Of a stretch of DNA of 64,000 bases, positions 40,454 through 50,193 are shown piece after piece (position 1 is the first letter of the stretch; each line of letters opens with the position of its first letter). A model generated the notes under the pieces. It ran no database searches. It was not told the origin of the DNA and saw only the letters and a list, made by a program, of their open reading frames with translations. The stretch spans positions 4,000,001-4,064,000 of the forward strand of contig OY969696.1 of assembly GCA_963702005.1 (NCBI GenBank), given 5' to 3'. The position numbers and the translations under genes are program-made. Origin of the DNA: Candidatus Aminicenantes bacterium (lineage in GTDB: Bacteria > Acidobacteriota > Aminicenantia > Aminicenantales > JAFGBC01).

Positions 40454-41163
40454 ACGACGGGAAAGAAAATCCCGCCCTCGAAAATCAGATTCTGGTCGAA
40501 GCGGAAAGGATTCCGCTCCCCTCCGAACGGGTCCGGCGCCGGATCAGGACGCTGTTGTTCATCTTCCAGCTCACGTTTGTCGCGACCTTGCTGACCCTGT
40601 GGATCGCGGCGCCCGCCCTCCGGCGGAGCAAGAGCCTGTGGATCCTGTTCTTTTACTGCTTCCCGGCCGAGTTTCTGGTCGCCACGGTCCCTCACGAGCC
40701 CGTCCTGCTTTTTTTCTCCAAATTTTACGGACCCATGACCATCGCCCTGGTCTCGATCGCCGGGACGGCCCTGACCGAAGTCATCAATTATTCCGTGTTC
40801 AGGTACGTGGCCGACCTCAAGGTCTTCCAGAAAATGCTCCAGAGCCGCGGCGTCCAAAAGCTCGTCGCCTGGTTCAAAAAAGCGCCCTTCATTTCGCTCT
40901 GGGTGGCCGGGTTCACGCCCATCCCCTTTTATCCGTTCCGTTTTCTGGTCGTCCTGGCCCGCTACCCCCTTTGGAAGTATATCCTGGCCGTCGTGACCTC
41001 GCGGACGCCCCGCTTCTTCATCCTGGGTTTGGCGGGCGGGGCTATCAAATTGTCCGATACCCTGCTCGTCCTGCTCATGGTGGTCCTGCTTTCGGTGGGC
41101 GTCGCACCCATCCTGGGCAAGCTGCTTAAAAAGAGGAAGAAGACTCCAGCCCCCGCGGAATAA
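40450..41163 (+). CDS. VTT/DedA-like membrane protein
   Basis: ATGA-coupled to the radical SAM gene, PHEP and FTPIPFYPF re-entrant-type motifs, SR..RF. Confidence 0.8.
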   Translation: MNDGKENPALENQILVEAERIPLPSERVRRRIRTLLFIFQLTFVATLLTLWIAAPALRRSKSLWILFFYCFPAEFLVATVPHEPVLLFFSKFYGPMTIALVSIAGTALTEVINYSVFRYVADLKVFQKMLQSRGVQKLVAWFKKAPFISLWVAGFTPIPFYPFRFLVVLARYPLWKYILAVVTSRTPRFFILGLAGGAIKLSDTLLVLLMVVLLSVGVAPILGKLLKKRKKTPAPAE

Positions 41164-41257
41164 TTCTGGGGACACACGACTTAATTCACTGCATTATTTC
41201 TGCAAATACGTCAATTATTTCCCCGGAATTAAGTCGTGTGTCCCCAGAATTATTCCG
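41156..41257. repeat. 102-bp MITE/REPIN-like element with perfect 32-bp inverted repeats
   Basis: CGGAATAATTCTGGGGACACACGACTTAATTC (41156-41187) and its exact reverse complement (41226-41257), with an AT-rich spacer. Confidence 0.85.
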
Positions 41258-41264
41258 GGGAATT

Positions 41265-41294
41265 TTGACATCTGGCGGGCCGAAGTGCTATAAA
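41265..41294 (+). promoter_or_regulatory. Sigma-70-type promoter
   Basis: TTGACA-N18-TATAAA with extended TG, upstream of the lipid kinase. Confidence 0.6.
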
Positions 41295-41318
41295 TACACG
41301 GCTTAGAGGCGTCACGGC

Positions 41319-42239
41319 ATGAGCTCCAAAACGGCGGCGATGGACAAGACGGCCTGCATCATCAACCCCCGGGCCGCCAACAGGAAGTGGCTGCGCCGGG
41401 GCAGGATGAGGGAAGACCTCCGCCGCGCCCTGCCCGGGCGCGTCCACGACACCCTGGGCGAACGGGAGCTGACGATCGGCCTCGCCCGCGATTCCTGCCG
41501 CGATTCGGACCTGGTGGTCGCCATCGGCGGGGACGGGACCGTGGCCGACGTCCTCCAGGGCATCCTCGACTCGGGCAAGACGAAGGACATCGTCTTCGGC
41601 ATCATCCCCTTTGGGAGCGGGAACGCCTTCCGCAAATCCTTCGGCATTCCCAAGAATCCCACCAAGGCCCTCCGCGTCCTGAGCGAAGGCGAGCCGCGCG
41701 AGGCAGACCTCATCCGGGTCGAGGACCGGGTCGCCGGGTTCGTCAGCGTCGGGGCCACGGCCGCCGTCACCGCGAAAAAACTCGACCACGAAATCCACGG
41801 CATGCTGGGGCACCTGCTGGCCGCGCGCAAGATGTTCCTGCTTCCCGCGACCGACAAGGAGGTCGAGCTCTTCGACGGCCTCGACGACAAAGGCGGGACC
41901 TTCCGGCACAAGACGCTCCGCAGCCGTTTCTTCGACTGCGTCATCGCCAAGACGAACTACTTCGGCTACAGCTGGAAGATCGCTCCCAAGGCCCGCGCCG
42001 ACGACGGCTTTCTCGACATCACCTTTTTCGAGCTCTCGCCGCCGCGCTATCTCCTATCTTTTCCCCTCATCTACTTCGGCCTGTTCCAGCGGACCCAGAA
42101 GCACTTCAAGGCTAAAAAGATCGTCATCAAAGGGAAAGAGCTGCCGATCCAATACAACGGCGAGTTCCTGGGCCGGCGGGAGCGGGTCGAGCTCGAGGTC
42201 TGGCCCAAAGCCGTCAGGATCCTCTGCCCCAAGACATAA
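41319..42239 (+). CDS. Diacylglycerol/lipid kinase family protein
   Basis: IINPRA, GGDGTV, IPFGSGNAF, DDGFLDI. Confidence 0.92.
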   Translation: MSSKTAAMDKTACIINPRAANRKWLRRGRMREDLRRALPGRVHDTLGERELTIGLARDSCRDSDLVVAIGGDGTVADVLQGILDSGKTKDIVFGIIPFGSGNAFRKSFGIPKNPTKALRVLSEGEPREADLIRVEDRVAGFVSVGATAAVTAKKLDHEIHGMLGHLLAARKMFLLPATDKEVELFDGLDDKGGTFRHKTLRSRFFDCVIAKTNYFGYSWKIAPKARADDGFLDITFFELSPPRYLLSFPLIYFGLFQRTQKHFKAKKIVIKGKELPIQYNGEFLGRRERVELEVWPKAVRILCPKT

Positions 42240-42319
42240 TCCATAATCGCCCCCGACCGTACCCTTCCCTGGTATAATAGGGCTGTCGAGATGTTGAATA
42301 TCATCCGCGAAGGAGGGCC

Positions 42320-43198
42320 TTGAGCGGAGCGTCGGGACCTGCCAAAGGCATCGGCCTGATCGTTTTATGCATTGTTCTCCTGTCCTCCTCCGGCATCGCT
42401 CTCGAGGACGGGGAGCGCTTCGGGGACGGACCGAGCGGAGAATCAGCGAACTGGTTTCGGGACGAAGGGGATTATCTCGTCCATTTGACTCTCCGGGACG
42501 CTTCCCCCAGAGATCCTCTATTGTTCGTTTTGAGCGATATGTCCTCGTTCGAGACATGCATCGGGAAGCGCCTGCGGCTGGGCTCTCCCGCCAAATGGTT
42601 CCACTGGGGGATCGATTTCAGCGTCTTCACCTCGTTGACCCGCTACGGCGTCTGGAATTTTAAGAACATTACCTGCGACGCCCGGTACGGCCTATTTGGC
42701 CTTTTTTATATAAAGCCGGCCATCCTGCTGCTCCGCCTGGGGCACGACTGCTCCAACTTTCTGCAAGGAGCCCCGGAGTTTTCCAAACCCATTAGGTTCT
42801 CCCAATATTACGTCTACGGCCAGCTTCTCTGGCCGATAAGTCTTGACTCTGTCCCGGGCATCAAATCGTTGAAACCCTATGCCGGAGTAGGGGTTTATCT
42901 TTATCAATATCCACAGTCCTACCATCTTCCCTTCGATTTCGGGCTTGGCATCGAATCCAAGGAGTTTCTTTTTCCCCATAAAACTCTTCATCTCGGGATT
43001 GAATGTTCCTTCAACGGCATGCAACGCTATGCGCCGACCTGCGGCCTGTTCCTGGGCTGGGGGACGTCGACAGAAATCAGCAATGCCCGCCTGCCGTTTT
43101 CCTTCGGCGTTTTTTATCAATGGGGGCAGGACGCCAGAGGCCAGTACTACGAACGGAAACGCCGGCTCCTGGGGATTAAAATCAACATGTTTTACTGA
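42320..43198 (+). CDS. Hypothetical outer-membrane protein, DUF1207-like
   Basis: Signal peptide, beta-rich, RLGHDCSNF resembles the DUF1207 H.SSH motif, aromatic C-terminus. Start uncertain. Confidence 0.6.
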   Translation: MSGASGPAKGIGLIVLCIVLLSSSGIALEDGERFGDGPSGESANWFRDEGDYLVHLTLRDASPRDPLLFVLSDMSSFETCIGKRLRLGSPAKWFHWGIDFSVFTSLTRYGVWNFKNITCDARYGLFGLFYIKPAILLLRLGHDCSNFLQGAPEFSKPIRFSQYYVYGQLLWPISLDSVPGIKSLKPYAGVGVYLYQYPQSYHLPFDFGLGIESKEFLFPHKTLHLGIECSFNGMQRYAPTCGLFLGWGTSTEISNARLPFSFGVFYQWGQDARGQYYERKRRLLGIKINMFY

Positions 43199-43318
43199 AG
43201 CTCCACGGACTTGCGTCCGTGGGATCTACTTTTTGCAGTCGTTGGAGCGCCTGTCCCCGAAGCGGGGAATTCGCTATTCCTCTACGGACTTACGTCCGTG
43301 GAATCCCGCGAAGGGGAT
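43194..43318. mobile_element. Non-autonomous two-hairpin element (IS200/IS605- or REP-like)
   Basis: Two subterminal hairpins, CCACGGAC-TTGC-GTCCGTGG and CTACGGAC-TTAC-GTCCGTGG, with no ORF. Related copy at 36176. Confidence 0.65.
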
Positions 43319-43330
43319 TGAGCGATTCAG

Positions 43331-44815
43331 TTAACCCCGTTTCATTTTTCGTTGATAGAGACGGCTCTCTCCCTTCCAGCCTATCAGCTCATAAGAAGGG
43401 TTTTGTTGGATCTGGAGGAGAAACTTATCAAACTCTTCCCTGGTATAGGGCCAGAGATTGACGCCCCGCTGGACGAGGATAAAGTCTTCTCCATGAAAAG
43501 CGGGCAGCATAACGATCGCCTTTCGCTTGGGGATATGAGGGATCAGCGCCGACTGGGCCGCCACTGAAGCCTCGGGGGGAATCCGGCCGATGAGCTCCAT
43601 GACGCCCGAATAAGTTGATAAGGCCCGATAGCGCGAGGGTTGAATGATCCTCCACAAGTTGGAGTTCGCCAGATTCAACAGCAGCAGTACGGCGGCCACG
43701 ATGGAAATGATAAACCGGATTTTCCGCCTCTTTCGGGAAGCCGCAAAATCCCGAACGTTCTTCATTCCATAGATCAAAGCCAGAAAAAGAAAAGGCAGGA
43801 AAGTCGCGCTGTAGTGAAGACCGAACGTATACATCTGGGGTATTTTGCTCAAGATCATCACCGCCAGCGGCGGTACAAGCAAAAGCGCGAAGGAAGACGC
43901 GAGGGGGAGAAACAGAAGCGGGAGAAGGATGTTGGCGGCCAGAATCCGGAAGAAGAGCCCGAAATCGACCCCTTGGAGGAGAATCCCGGGATGGCTGAGA
44001 ATAGTGCCGATCATCCGGAATAGGCTCCCGCCCTCCTGGCCATAGATGGCCCCATAGAGATAGAACCCGGCCCCCCCGGCTTGATGGCGAAAATAGGGAA
44101 TGATGAATCCTAAAGTCAGCAGAATATAGCCAAGAGACAGCGCGGACGTCAACCACCCCAGCCGTTTTTCCTTGAGCTTATAAACGGCAAATATCCCAAA
44201 AAAGAAGAGATAGATTCCGATATCTTCTTTCACAAGGAGGGCGAGGCTCAGGAACAAAACAAACATGAGGGGCTTCTTTCGGATGGCCAGGAAATAGAAC
44301 GCTCCCAAAAAGAAGACGGGAAAAAGCAGCTCGGTATGAAAATCATGCATCAAACCGATCAGCAGCTGTCTAAAGAAGAGATAAACGACAGCCACGACGA
44401 CGGGAAGAAACCGATCCTGGAAGACGTTTCGGGCGATAAGATACAGGAACCAGGCCGAAAATCCGATGGCGATCACCTCGATATAGAGCAGGATCAGAGG
44501 CCCGGGAAAGACGATATAAAGGGGAATCAATAAAAAAAGAATCGGAGTGAAATGGAGCGCAAAATGGCTTTCCCAGCCTTTGACGCGGCCGGGCGTGTAG
44601 GACAGCGTGCCCTGGTCCCTTTCCCATCGGCCGAAGGCATACTGGTGAAAAGGGTCGGCCATGACCTCTCCCTTGAGGGTGTAATGAAAGCCGTAGTCGA
44701 CGATGGAAAGGTCACAGGCATTCGTGCCGAACGATAGATGTTGGAGGGTTTTGAAACCGCAAAAGACAACCATCCATACTCCCAAAAATATCATAAAGAA
44801 TCGCTCGGCCTTCAT
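43331..44815 (-). CDS. DUF2079 family membrane protein (GT-C-like)
   Basis: HFTPILFLLIPLY, DFH, KED and HY motifs, many TM segments. Confidence 0.85.
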   Translation of the reverse strand: MKAERFFMIFLGVWMVVFCGFKTLQHLSFGTNACDLSIVDYGFHYTLKGEVMADPFHQYAFGRWERDQGTLSYTPGRVKGWESHFALHFTPILFLLIPLYIVFPGPLILLYIEVIAIGFSAWFLYLIARNVFQDRFLPVVVAVVYLFFRQLLIGLMHDFHTELLFPVFFLGAFYFLAIRKKPLMFVLFLSLALLVKEDIGIYLFFFGIFAVYKLKEKRLGWLTSALSLGYILLTLGFIIPYFRHQAGGAGFYLYGAIYGQEGGSLFRMIGTILSHPGILLQGVDFGLFFRILAANILLPLLFLPLASSFALLLVPPLAVMILSKIPQMYTFGLHYSATFLPFLFLALIYGMKNVRDFAASRKRRKIRFIISIVAAVLLLLNLANSNLWRIIQPSRYRALSTYSGVMELIGRIPPEASVAAQSALIPHIPKRKAIVMLPAFHGEDFILVQRGVNLWPYTREEFDKFLLQIQQNPSYELIGWKGESRLYQRKMKRG

Positions 44816-44830
44816 ATGAGTCCACTTCTT

Positions 44831-47279
44831 TTAGGGCGGGGGCCGCGTTCCGAGTCTTTTAGAAGGGGTCCTCACCGAATGGCGTTCTCCGGGACCGACC
44901 CGGATGAGAAGCCAGGAGACGTCGCGGCCGTTGTCATCCTTGCCCGCCATGGCTGTTCGCGCCGTCCCATCCATGATGAGCTCCGCCCAGCGGCCGGGAA
45001 AAACGGCTTTCCAGACGAGCTCGGGACCGGCCGAATTCTCGAACGCCGTCTCGTCCTTCATCAAGTGCCGGACCTCGATGGTGTTTCCGAAGACCGGGAT
45101 GTTCTTGAGCTCGGCCCACTCGGTTTGCGCCGTCAAACCCGACCGGGTGGCCACCAGCCTCTCCCGCGCGTCCGGCTGCACGCCGAACAGCCCCGTCGCG
45201 ACGGCCCCGATGACTGCGAAAGACGCCTCCGGATAGTCCCGTCGCCGCGTCCTCGGGTCGCAGATTTTCAGGAGCTCGGCGTAAGCCGCGTCGTTAATGC
45301 CGTAGCGATAATAGACCTCGGGCAGGTAGGACTCGATCTCGATCCCCTCGGGACTCTTGTCGAGAAGGCCGTCGATTGTTTTTTGCCTCTGCGGCCCCGG
45401 CGGAATAAGCCCGAAATAGAGGGGAAAGAGGCCGCTCCAGAACATGTCTTCGAACATCGGTTTTCGGCCCTGGAGGAAGACGGCGGCGAAACGGCCCAGA
45501 CGATCGCTCCACCAATTCTTTCCAAAATACGCGCGCAGATGATCCGCCTTTTTGAAATATCGGGCGGCGGCTTTCGGCTCCCCCCGGAGCGCGAGCATCT
45601 CCCCCAAGGAACGATAGGCCCTGGCTATGGCGGCGATGAGGTCGCTCCCCATCATCGTCGTGTCGGAGGCGGGGCCCTCATCGTAGCTCCCCAGACCCCG
45701 GTTCCCATCCTCGGGCCGGTGCTCGGGAATTCCGTCGCCATCCTTGTCCCAAGCACGAATATAGCCGTCGACGGTCAGCTCATAGAATGTCCTGAATTCC
45801 GGCCCATCGATATAGGTCCGGTCCCCGGACCACAGGAACTGCCTCCAGCAGGCATCCAGGACGTCGAAGTTGGCCGGCAGGTTGTACCAGAAATCCCGGT
45901 CGTTCTTGTAATCCACGGGCGCGGGCCGGTCATATTTATCGATCTCCCAGTACGAACAGAAATCGCGGGACTTCGAGACGGCCGCGGCGAACTTGCGGAG
46001 CATGTTCAGGTTGAAAAGGGCCAGGCCCAGGACATGGCCGCCCGCGGCCTGGTGAGAGACGTCCCTCATGCAGAATGCGAAACGCCCCGGCAGCGCGGCT
46101 TCGTACCAGTCGCCGACTGCGTCCCCGGTCTCCTCGGCCGGAAAGACGTAATCCAACGCCCGATCCTTCGCCCAAGCAAAAGCCGCCGCCAGCTTCGGGT
46201 CGGAGGTTTCCAAACGCAACGGGCTTTCCGGCCGAACGGACGGGCGGAAGCCGCCCGGCGGCTTCAAGGCCATCGCCAACGGTTTGTTTCTGTCGCAGAC
46301 GATCCTGCCGTCCTCGATATCAAGCTTCGCCGCCTGAAGGGACGAACGGTGTTTCCCCGGCTGGACATGCTCTTTCGCCCCGAAAGGATGGGTGAAGTAG
46401 AACAGGAACGCCTCTTTCCCCTGGACGAGAACCTCGCCGTGCCGTCCGATGTCCGCGTCATCGGGCCGCGTTCCCGGGATGCCCGAGGATCGTATGGGGT
46501 TGTTCGGTCCATTGCCTGAGGTCGGCCGAGCGCAGGACGGCCATCCCCTGCCAGCGGTCGACGACCATCCAGTAGGCCCCCTGCCACCAGAAGACCGCGG
46601 GCCCTTCCTGGGCTTTCTCGGTGACGACGGGGCCCTGGACCTTCCAGCGGAAAAGGTCCTCACTGTCCGCCGCATATATGTGCGATCCGTTGGTTTCGTC
46701 TTTATACCACATGCGCCAACCTCCGCCCGGCTTCGCGTAGACGAAGGCGTCGATGACCCGTTCCGAGCTCAGCGGGACGACGGCCTCGTATTTCCAGGTC
46801 GCGAGGTCGTTGCTCGTGTAATGGACGATGTGCCTGTCCCCGCTCCAGTCGGCCGGGACGCCCCGGACATAAGCTAGATACATATGATAAATCCCGCCCT
46901 GCTCGACGAGGCAGGGCGCCCAGAACGTGTTCCGGCCGGGCTCGAATTCAAGTCCCTTGGCGGTCCCTCGATAGGTCCAGGTCAGACCGCCGTCCGCCGA
47001 CGAGGCGATCCCGATGTCGGTCCCGTGACACCAGCGGACGCCGTCCTGGGCCGCCGGATCGTTGGCCCGCCGGTTGGTGTAGAAGATCCACCAGGCCCGT
47101 TCGCGATCGTTCCAGATGAGGGAAGGATCGGCGGCCCCGTCGTAGACGGGGTCCCGATAGAGCGGCGCGGGCGCGTTCCGCGGCGGAACCGCCGCGGTCT
47201 CCGCGCCCAGGAGGGAGCCCAGGATCAGAATCGGCCAAAGCCGCGCGGCCTTGCGTCTCATCGGAACTCTCCCGTTCAT
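44831..47279 (-). pseudogene. GH43-like beta-propeller fused to a six-hairpin glycosidase-like domain, frameshifted at about 46470-46485
   Basis: N-part: YDGAADP, FWAP, RVIDA, EGP. Removing one base gives a continuous ILG.PGTRPDDADIGRH...FYFTHP leading into the WYEAALPGR.AFCMRDVSHQ domain. May be a sequencing error. Confidence 0.75.
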
Positions 47280-47878
47280 TTTTTCTTGCGGGGAGGCCGG
47301 GGCATCAGGATGGCGCCGGTCTTGAAGTCGCCCAAGATCTCGGCCTTCCCCTCCAGAAAGAGGCGCCCGACCAGGGCGCCGGTCGCGGCGTCGAGCTCAT
47401 GGTCGGAGGCCCCCCGGCGCAGGCCTTTGAGCCCGAGCTTTCTCAGCCCGCGCAGCAGACCGTCATGATCGCGCTTCGCCCTGGGCATATGCCAGATGTC
47501 CTGCGCTCCGCCGGGATACATCTCGACGACGCGGATCCCTTTCCGTCCCAGAAGACGCCGCAGCCGAATCCCGCGCTCGGTCAGGCCGCGCATCGGCCCC
47601 AGCGTGATCGGGAAAAAGGGGATGCCTCGCCTCCTGAGCTCCAGGTCGCAGGGCCGGTAGTGCTCTCCGTTCCGGTCGTCCATCGAGCGACGGCCGGGGG
47701 GGAGGTTCAGGGGCGCGTCGACGGCGACGAGGGAGGGAGCGGCCGCCAGAATGTAGTCCTTGATCTCATCGTCGGAGAAAAGGAGGCGCGTCTCAGCCCG
47801 GAGGCCGCTCAGAAGGCAGGCGCCGGTCGGCCGGCGGGCGGCCCCGGCCAGGTCGATCCCAATCACAATCGGGGACAC
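47276..47878 (-). CDS. DUF429 family protein (RNase H-like fold)
   Basis: IGIDLAG, VDAPL, R.CDLEL, EMYPG, HELDA. Confidence 0.85.
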   Translation of the reverse strand: MSPIVIGIDLAGAARRPTGACLLSGLRAETRLLFSDDEIKDYILAAAPSLVAVDAPLNLPPGRRSMDDRNGEHYRPCDLELRRRGIPFFPITLGPMRGLTERGIRLRRLLGRKGIRVVEMYPGGAQDIWHMPRAKRDHDGLLRGLRKLGLKGLRRGASDHELDAATGALVGRLFLEGKAEILGDFKTGAILMPRPPRKKK

Positions 47879-47884
47879 GACGAT

Positions 47885-48817
47885 TTATGACTCGAGGATG
47901 ATGGCGGCTTCCCGCAGCGCCTGGACCGCGGCCTCGGGGAAGGCCCGGCCGGCCAGCCGCTCGAAGTCCTTGAAAGACCGGATCGTCTCCGTCCCCAAAG
48001 TCGCCTCGCCCGTCGTCCGGAGCCGGTCGAACAGGCTGGCCAGGGCGATCAGGCTGCTTCCCTTGGGGACTTCGGCCAAGTTTTTTTCGATCCGGTCGGC
48101 GTCCTCGACATAGTGCCGAACATAGCCGGAAAGGAGCGGCTCAACCTCCTTGAGCAGGGAAGCCGTGGTGCTGAGAAGGACCTGCTCGCGGCTCCCGATT
48201 TTCGTCCTGGCGCCCAGACCCCCCGAGCGGATGAATTCGGCGACCTCCTCGAACAAGCGCACGCTGCTTCTAAGCTCGCCCGTCCCGACCAGCAGGGCGG
48301 CCGACTTGACGTTCTCGATGTCGCCCCTGCTCATCCCGGCTTTCTTGGCCAGCATCCCGGCCAGCAGCGACACGCGCAGGGAAGGGGGCTTGTCCTCGTC
48401 GGCGACCTCGAAGTATTTGAGGAGGACGCCCAGGACTCCGACATAGGCCTTCTGCATGCTGTCGATCTTGCGTTCCCGCTCGTCGGAGACGGTCCCCAGC
48501 AGGGCGCCGGTCAGGATCAGGAATCCGCCCCAGGCCAGCAGGCTGATGAGATCGTCCAGGGATAAGGTGGCCTGCCCGCGGGAGAGGAGCCGCGTATACA
48601 GGAAAAAGCAAAAGACGAGCAGGACGCACAGGGTCGCCATCAGGACGGCTTTTCTCTTCCCCAGGTAGTAGCCGGCCAGGATGACGGGAAGGAAGAAGAA
48701 ATTCAGGAACGAAACCTTATAGGTGACGAGGAGCCCGATCAGGACGATGCCGGCGACGACGAGAAGGATGATGAAGAGCTCGAAATGGAGGCGGATAAAG
48801 GCGATAAGACGGTGCAT
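47885..48817 (-). CDS. Membrane protein with degenerate HD-GYP-like domain
   Basis: Four N-terminal TM, then SLRVSLLAGMLA...SAALLVGTG...VPKGSSLIALASLFD, which follows the HD-GYP layout without the HD dyad. Confidence 0.7.
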   Translation of the reverse strand: MHRLIAFIRLHFELFIILLVVAGIVLIGLLVTYKVSFLNFFFLPVILAGYYLGKRKAVLMATLCVLLVFCFFLYTRLLSRGQATLSLDDLISLLAWGGFLILTGALLGTVSDERERKIDSMQKAYVGVLGVLLKYFEVADEDKPPSLRVSLLAGMLAKKAGMSRGDIENVKSAALLVGTGELRSSVRLFEEVAEFIRSGGLGARTKIGSREQVLLSTTASLLKEVEPLLSGYVRHYVEDADRIEKNLAEVPKGSSLIALASLFDRLRTTGEATLGTETIRSFKDFERLAGRAFPEAAVQALREAAIILES

Positions 48818-48872
48818 GATCGTTAGCTTGTTTATACCACCTGAACCGGAATCAAGTCAAATCATCGACACC

Positions 48873-48901
48873 CATACTAAGCCGTTTTCCGGCTTAGTAT
48901 G
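48873..48901. terminator. Perfect 12-bp hairpin downstream of the OsmC-family gene
   Basis: CATACTAAGCCG-TTTTC-CGGCTTAGTATG. No clear U-tract. Confidence 0.45.
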
Positions 48902-48937
48902 AGTACTGCAAGGCTGGGCTCGGCGTCGGCGAACGAG

Positions 48938-49342
48938 TCAACCGATCCGGGCTTCCATGACGAAGGCGGGCGGCTTGGCGAGATAAGCCTTGACGGCGCA
49001 GGCCTCGGCGGCCTTGACGGCGGCCGCTTTGTACTTGGCCGGGAATCCGGCCGGGAGGAGGATTTCGATCGTGATCAGATCGATCATCTTCGTCTTCGCG
49101 TTCCGGCTCGTGCTCATCCGGATGGATAAGCCCTCGGTCGGGATCGCCCGCTCCTTGGAAAAGGCCAGGACGTAGTACCCGGCGCAGGTCGCCAAGGAGG
49201 CCAGGAAGAGGTCGAAGGGCGAAGGCGCGCTGTTTTCGCCGCCCGCCTGGACGGGTTGGTCGGTCTTGATCGTGAACCCCTTGACCAAGGCGTCGACCTT
49301 GACCCCGCCCGGGAAGCTGACCAGGATGTCCTTTTCGCTCAT
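48938..49342 (-). CDS. OsmC family protein
   Basis: TDQP..AGG...PSPFDLFLASLATC and a second Cys (CAVK). AAGGAG RBS. Confidence 0.9.
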   Translation of the reverse strand: MSEKDILVSFPGGVKVDALVKGFTIKTDQPVQAGGENSAPSPFDLFLASLATCAGYYVLAFSKERAIPTEGLSIRMSTSRNAKTKMIDLITIEILLPAGFPAKYKAAAVKAAEACAVKAYLAKPPAFVMEARIG

Positions 49343-50139
49343 GGCGTCGCTCCTTTGTTCTTTGGGTTCTCTTGAGTCGGCCGGTCCGGCTGCCGGGCCG
49401 CCTGCGAAAACACGGCCAGCAGCAGCCGCCTGTCCTCGTCGGTCAGGGCCAGTCGCCCGAAAAGGTCGGAGAGCCTCTCCCCCATGTGCCTCCGGTTCGC
49501 GGCGTGGAGGAAGCCCCCGGCGTCGAGCTTCTCGATGATGAGCCGGAGGAATCGTTCCTGCTCGCGCCTGGGAAGGGGACGGGACTCGCGGCGCCGCCGG
49601 AGAGGAGACGCCCGCCGGCTCCGGCTGAAGAGCGCGAAGAGCGTCAAGAGCACGGCGCCGGCCAGGTTGTAGGAGGGCTGTGAGGCCGCTTGGGGAATCG
49701 TAAACCTGAAGTTGGAATGACGGAGCTCCACCGAGGTCAGCCCGGTCCGTTCGTTCCCGAAGAGAAGTCCGATCCGGGCCAAGGACGGCGCGGCCAAAAT
49801 CCGGTCGAGAGCCTCCTCCCAAGAAAGGATCTCGAAATTTTTGCGGCTCTTCGCGGTGCCGGCGAAGACGAGATGGAGGTCGGCGACGGCCTCCGCCAGG
49901 TCAGGAAATATCCGGGCCCGGTCGAGGATCTTCCCGGCGTGGACGGCCGTTTTATGAGCGGTGGGGTCGAGGGGTCCGGTCCGAACGAGGCGCAGCTCCG
50001 TGAATCCGGTGTTCGCCATGGCCCGGGCGGCCAGGCCGATGTTCTCCGCGCTTTCGGGCCGGCAGAGGATAACGGCAAAGCGCCCTGCGAAGGCGGAACG
50101 CCCCGGGGCCGGCCGTTTCCTTTCGGAGCCTCGTATCAC
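49339..50139 (-). CDS. TrmJ/TrmH family RNA methyltransferase
   Basis: P...ENIG.AARAMAN.G, LLFGNERTGL and SYNLA SPOUT motifs. Confidence 0.88.
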   Translation of the reverse strand: MIRGSERKRPAPGRSAFAGRFAVILCRPESAENIGLAARAMANTGFTELRLVRTGPLDPTAHKTAVHAGKILDRARIFPDLAEAVADLHLVFAGTAKSRKNFEILSWEEALDRILAAPSLARIGLLFGNERTGLTSVELRHSNFRFTIPQAASQPSYNLAGAVLLTLFALFSRSRRASPLRRRRESRPLPRREQERFLRLIIEKLDAGGFLHAANRRHMGERLSDLFGRLALTDEDRRLLLAVFSQAARQPDRPTQENPKNKGATP

Positions 50140-50193
50140 CCGTTTATTATACCGGACTTCGGCCCTGAACAAGCAACGGCCGGCGCGGGCGGT

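Noticed and set aside
36176-43318. CRISPR array from the palindromic repeats
   Set aside because: Only three dispersed hairpin copies, no regular spacers, no cas genes.
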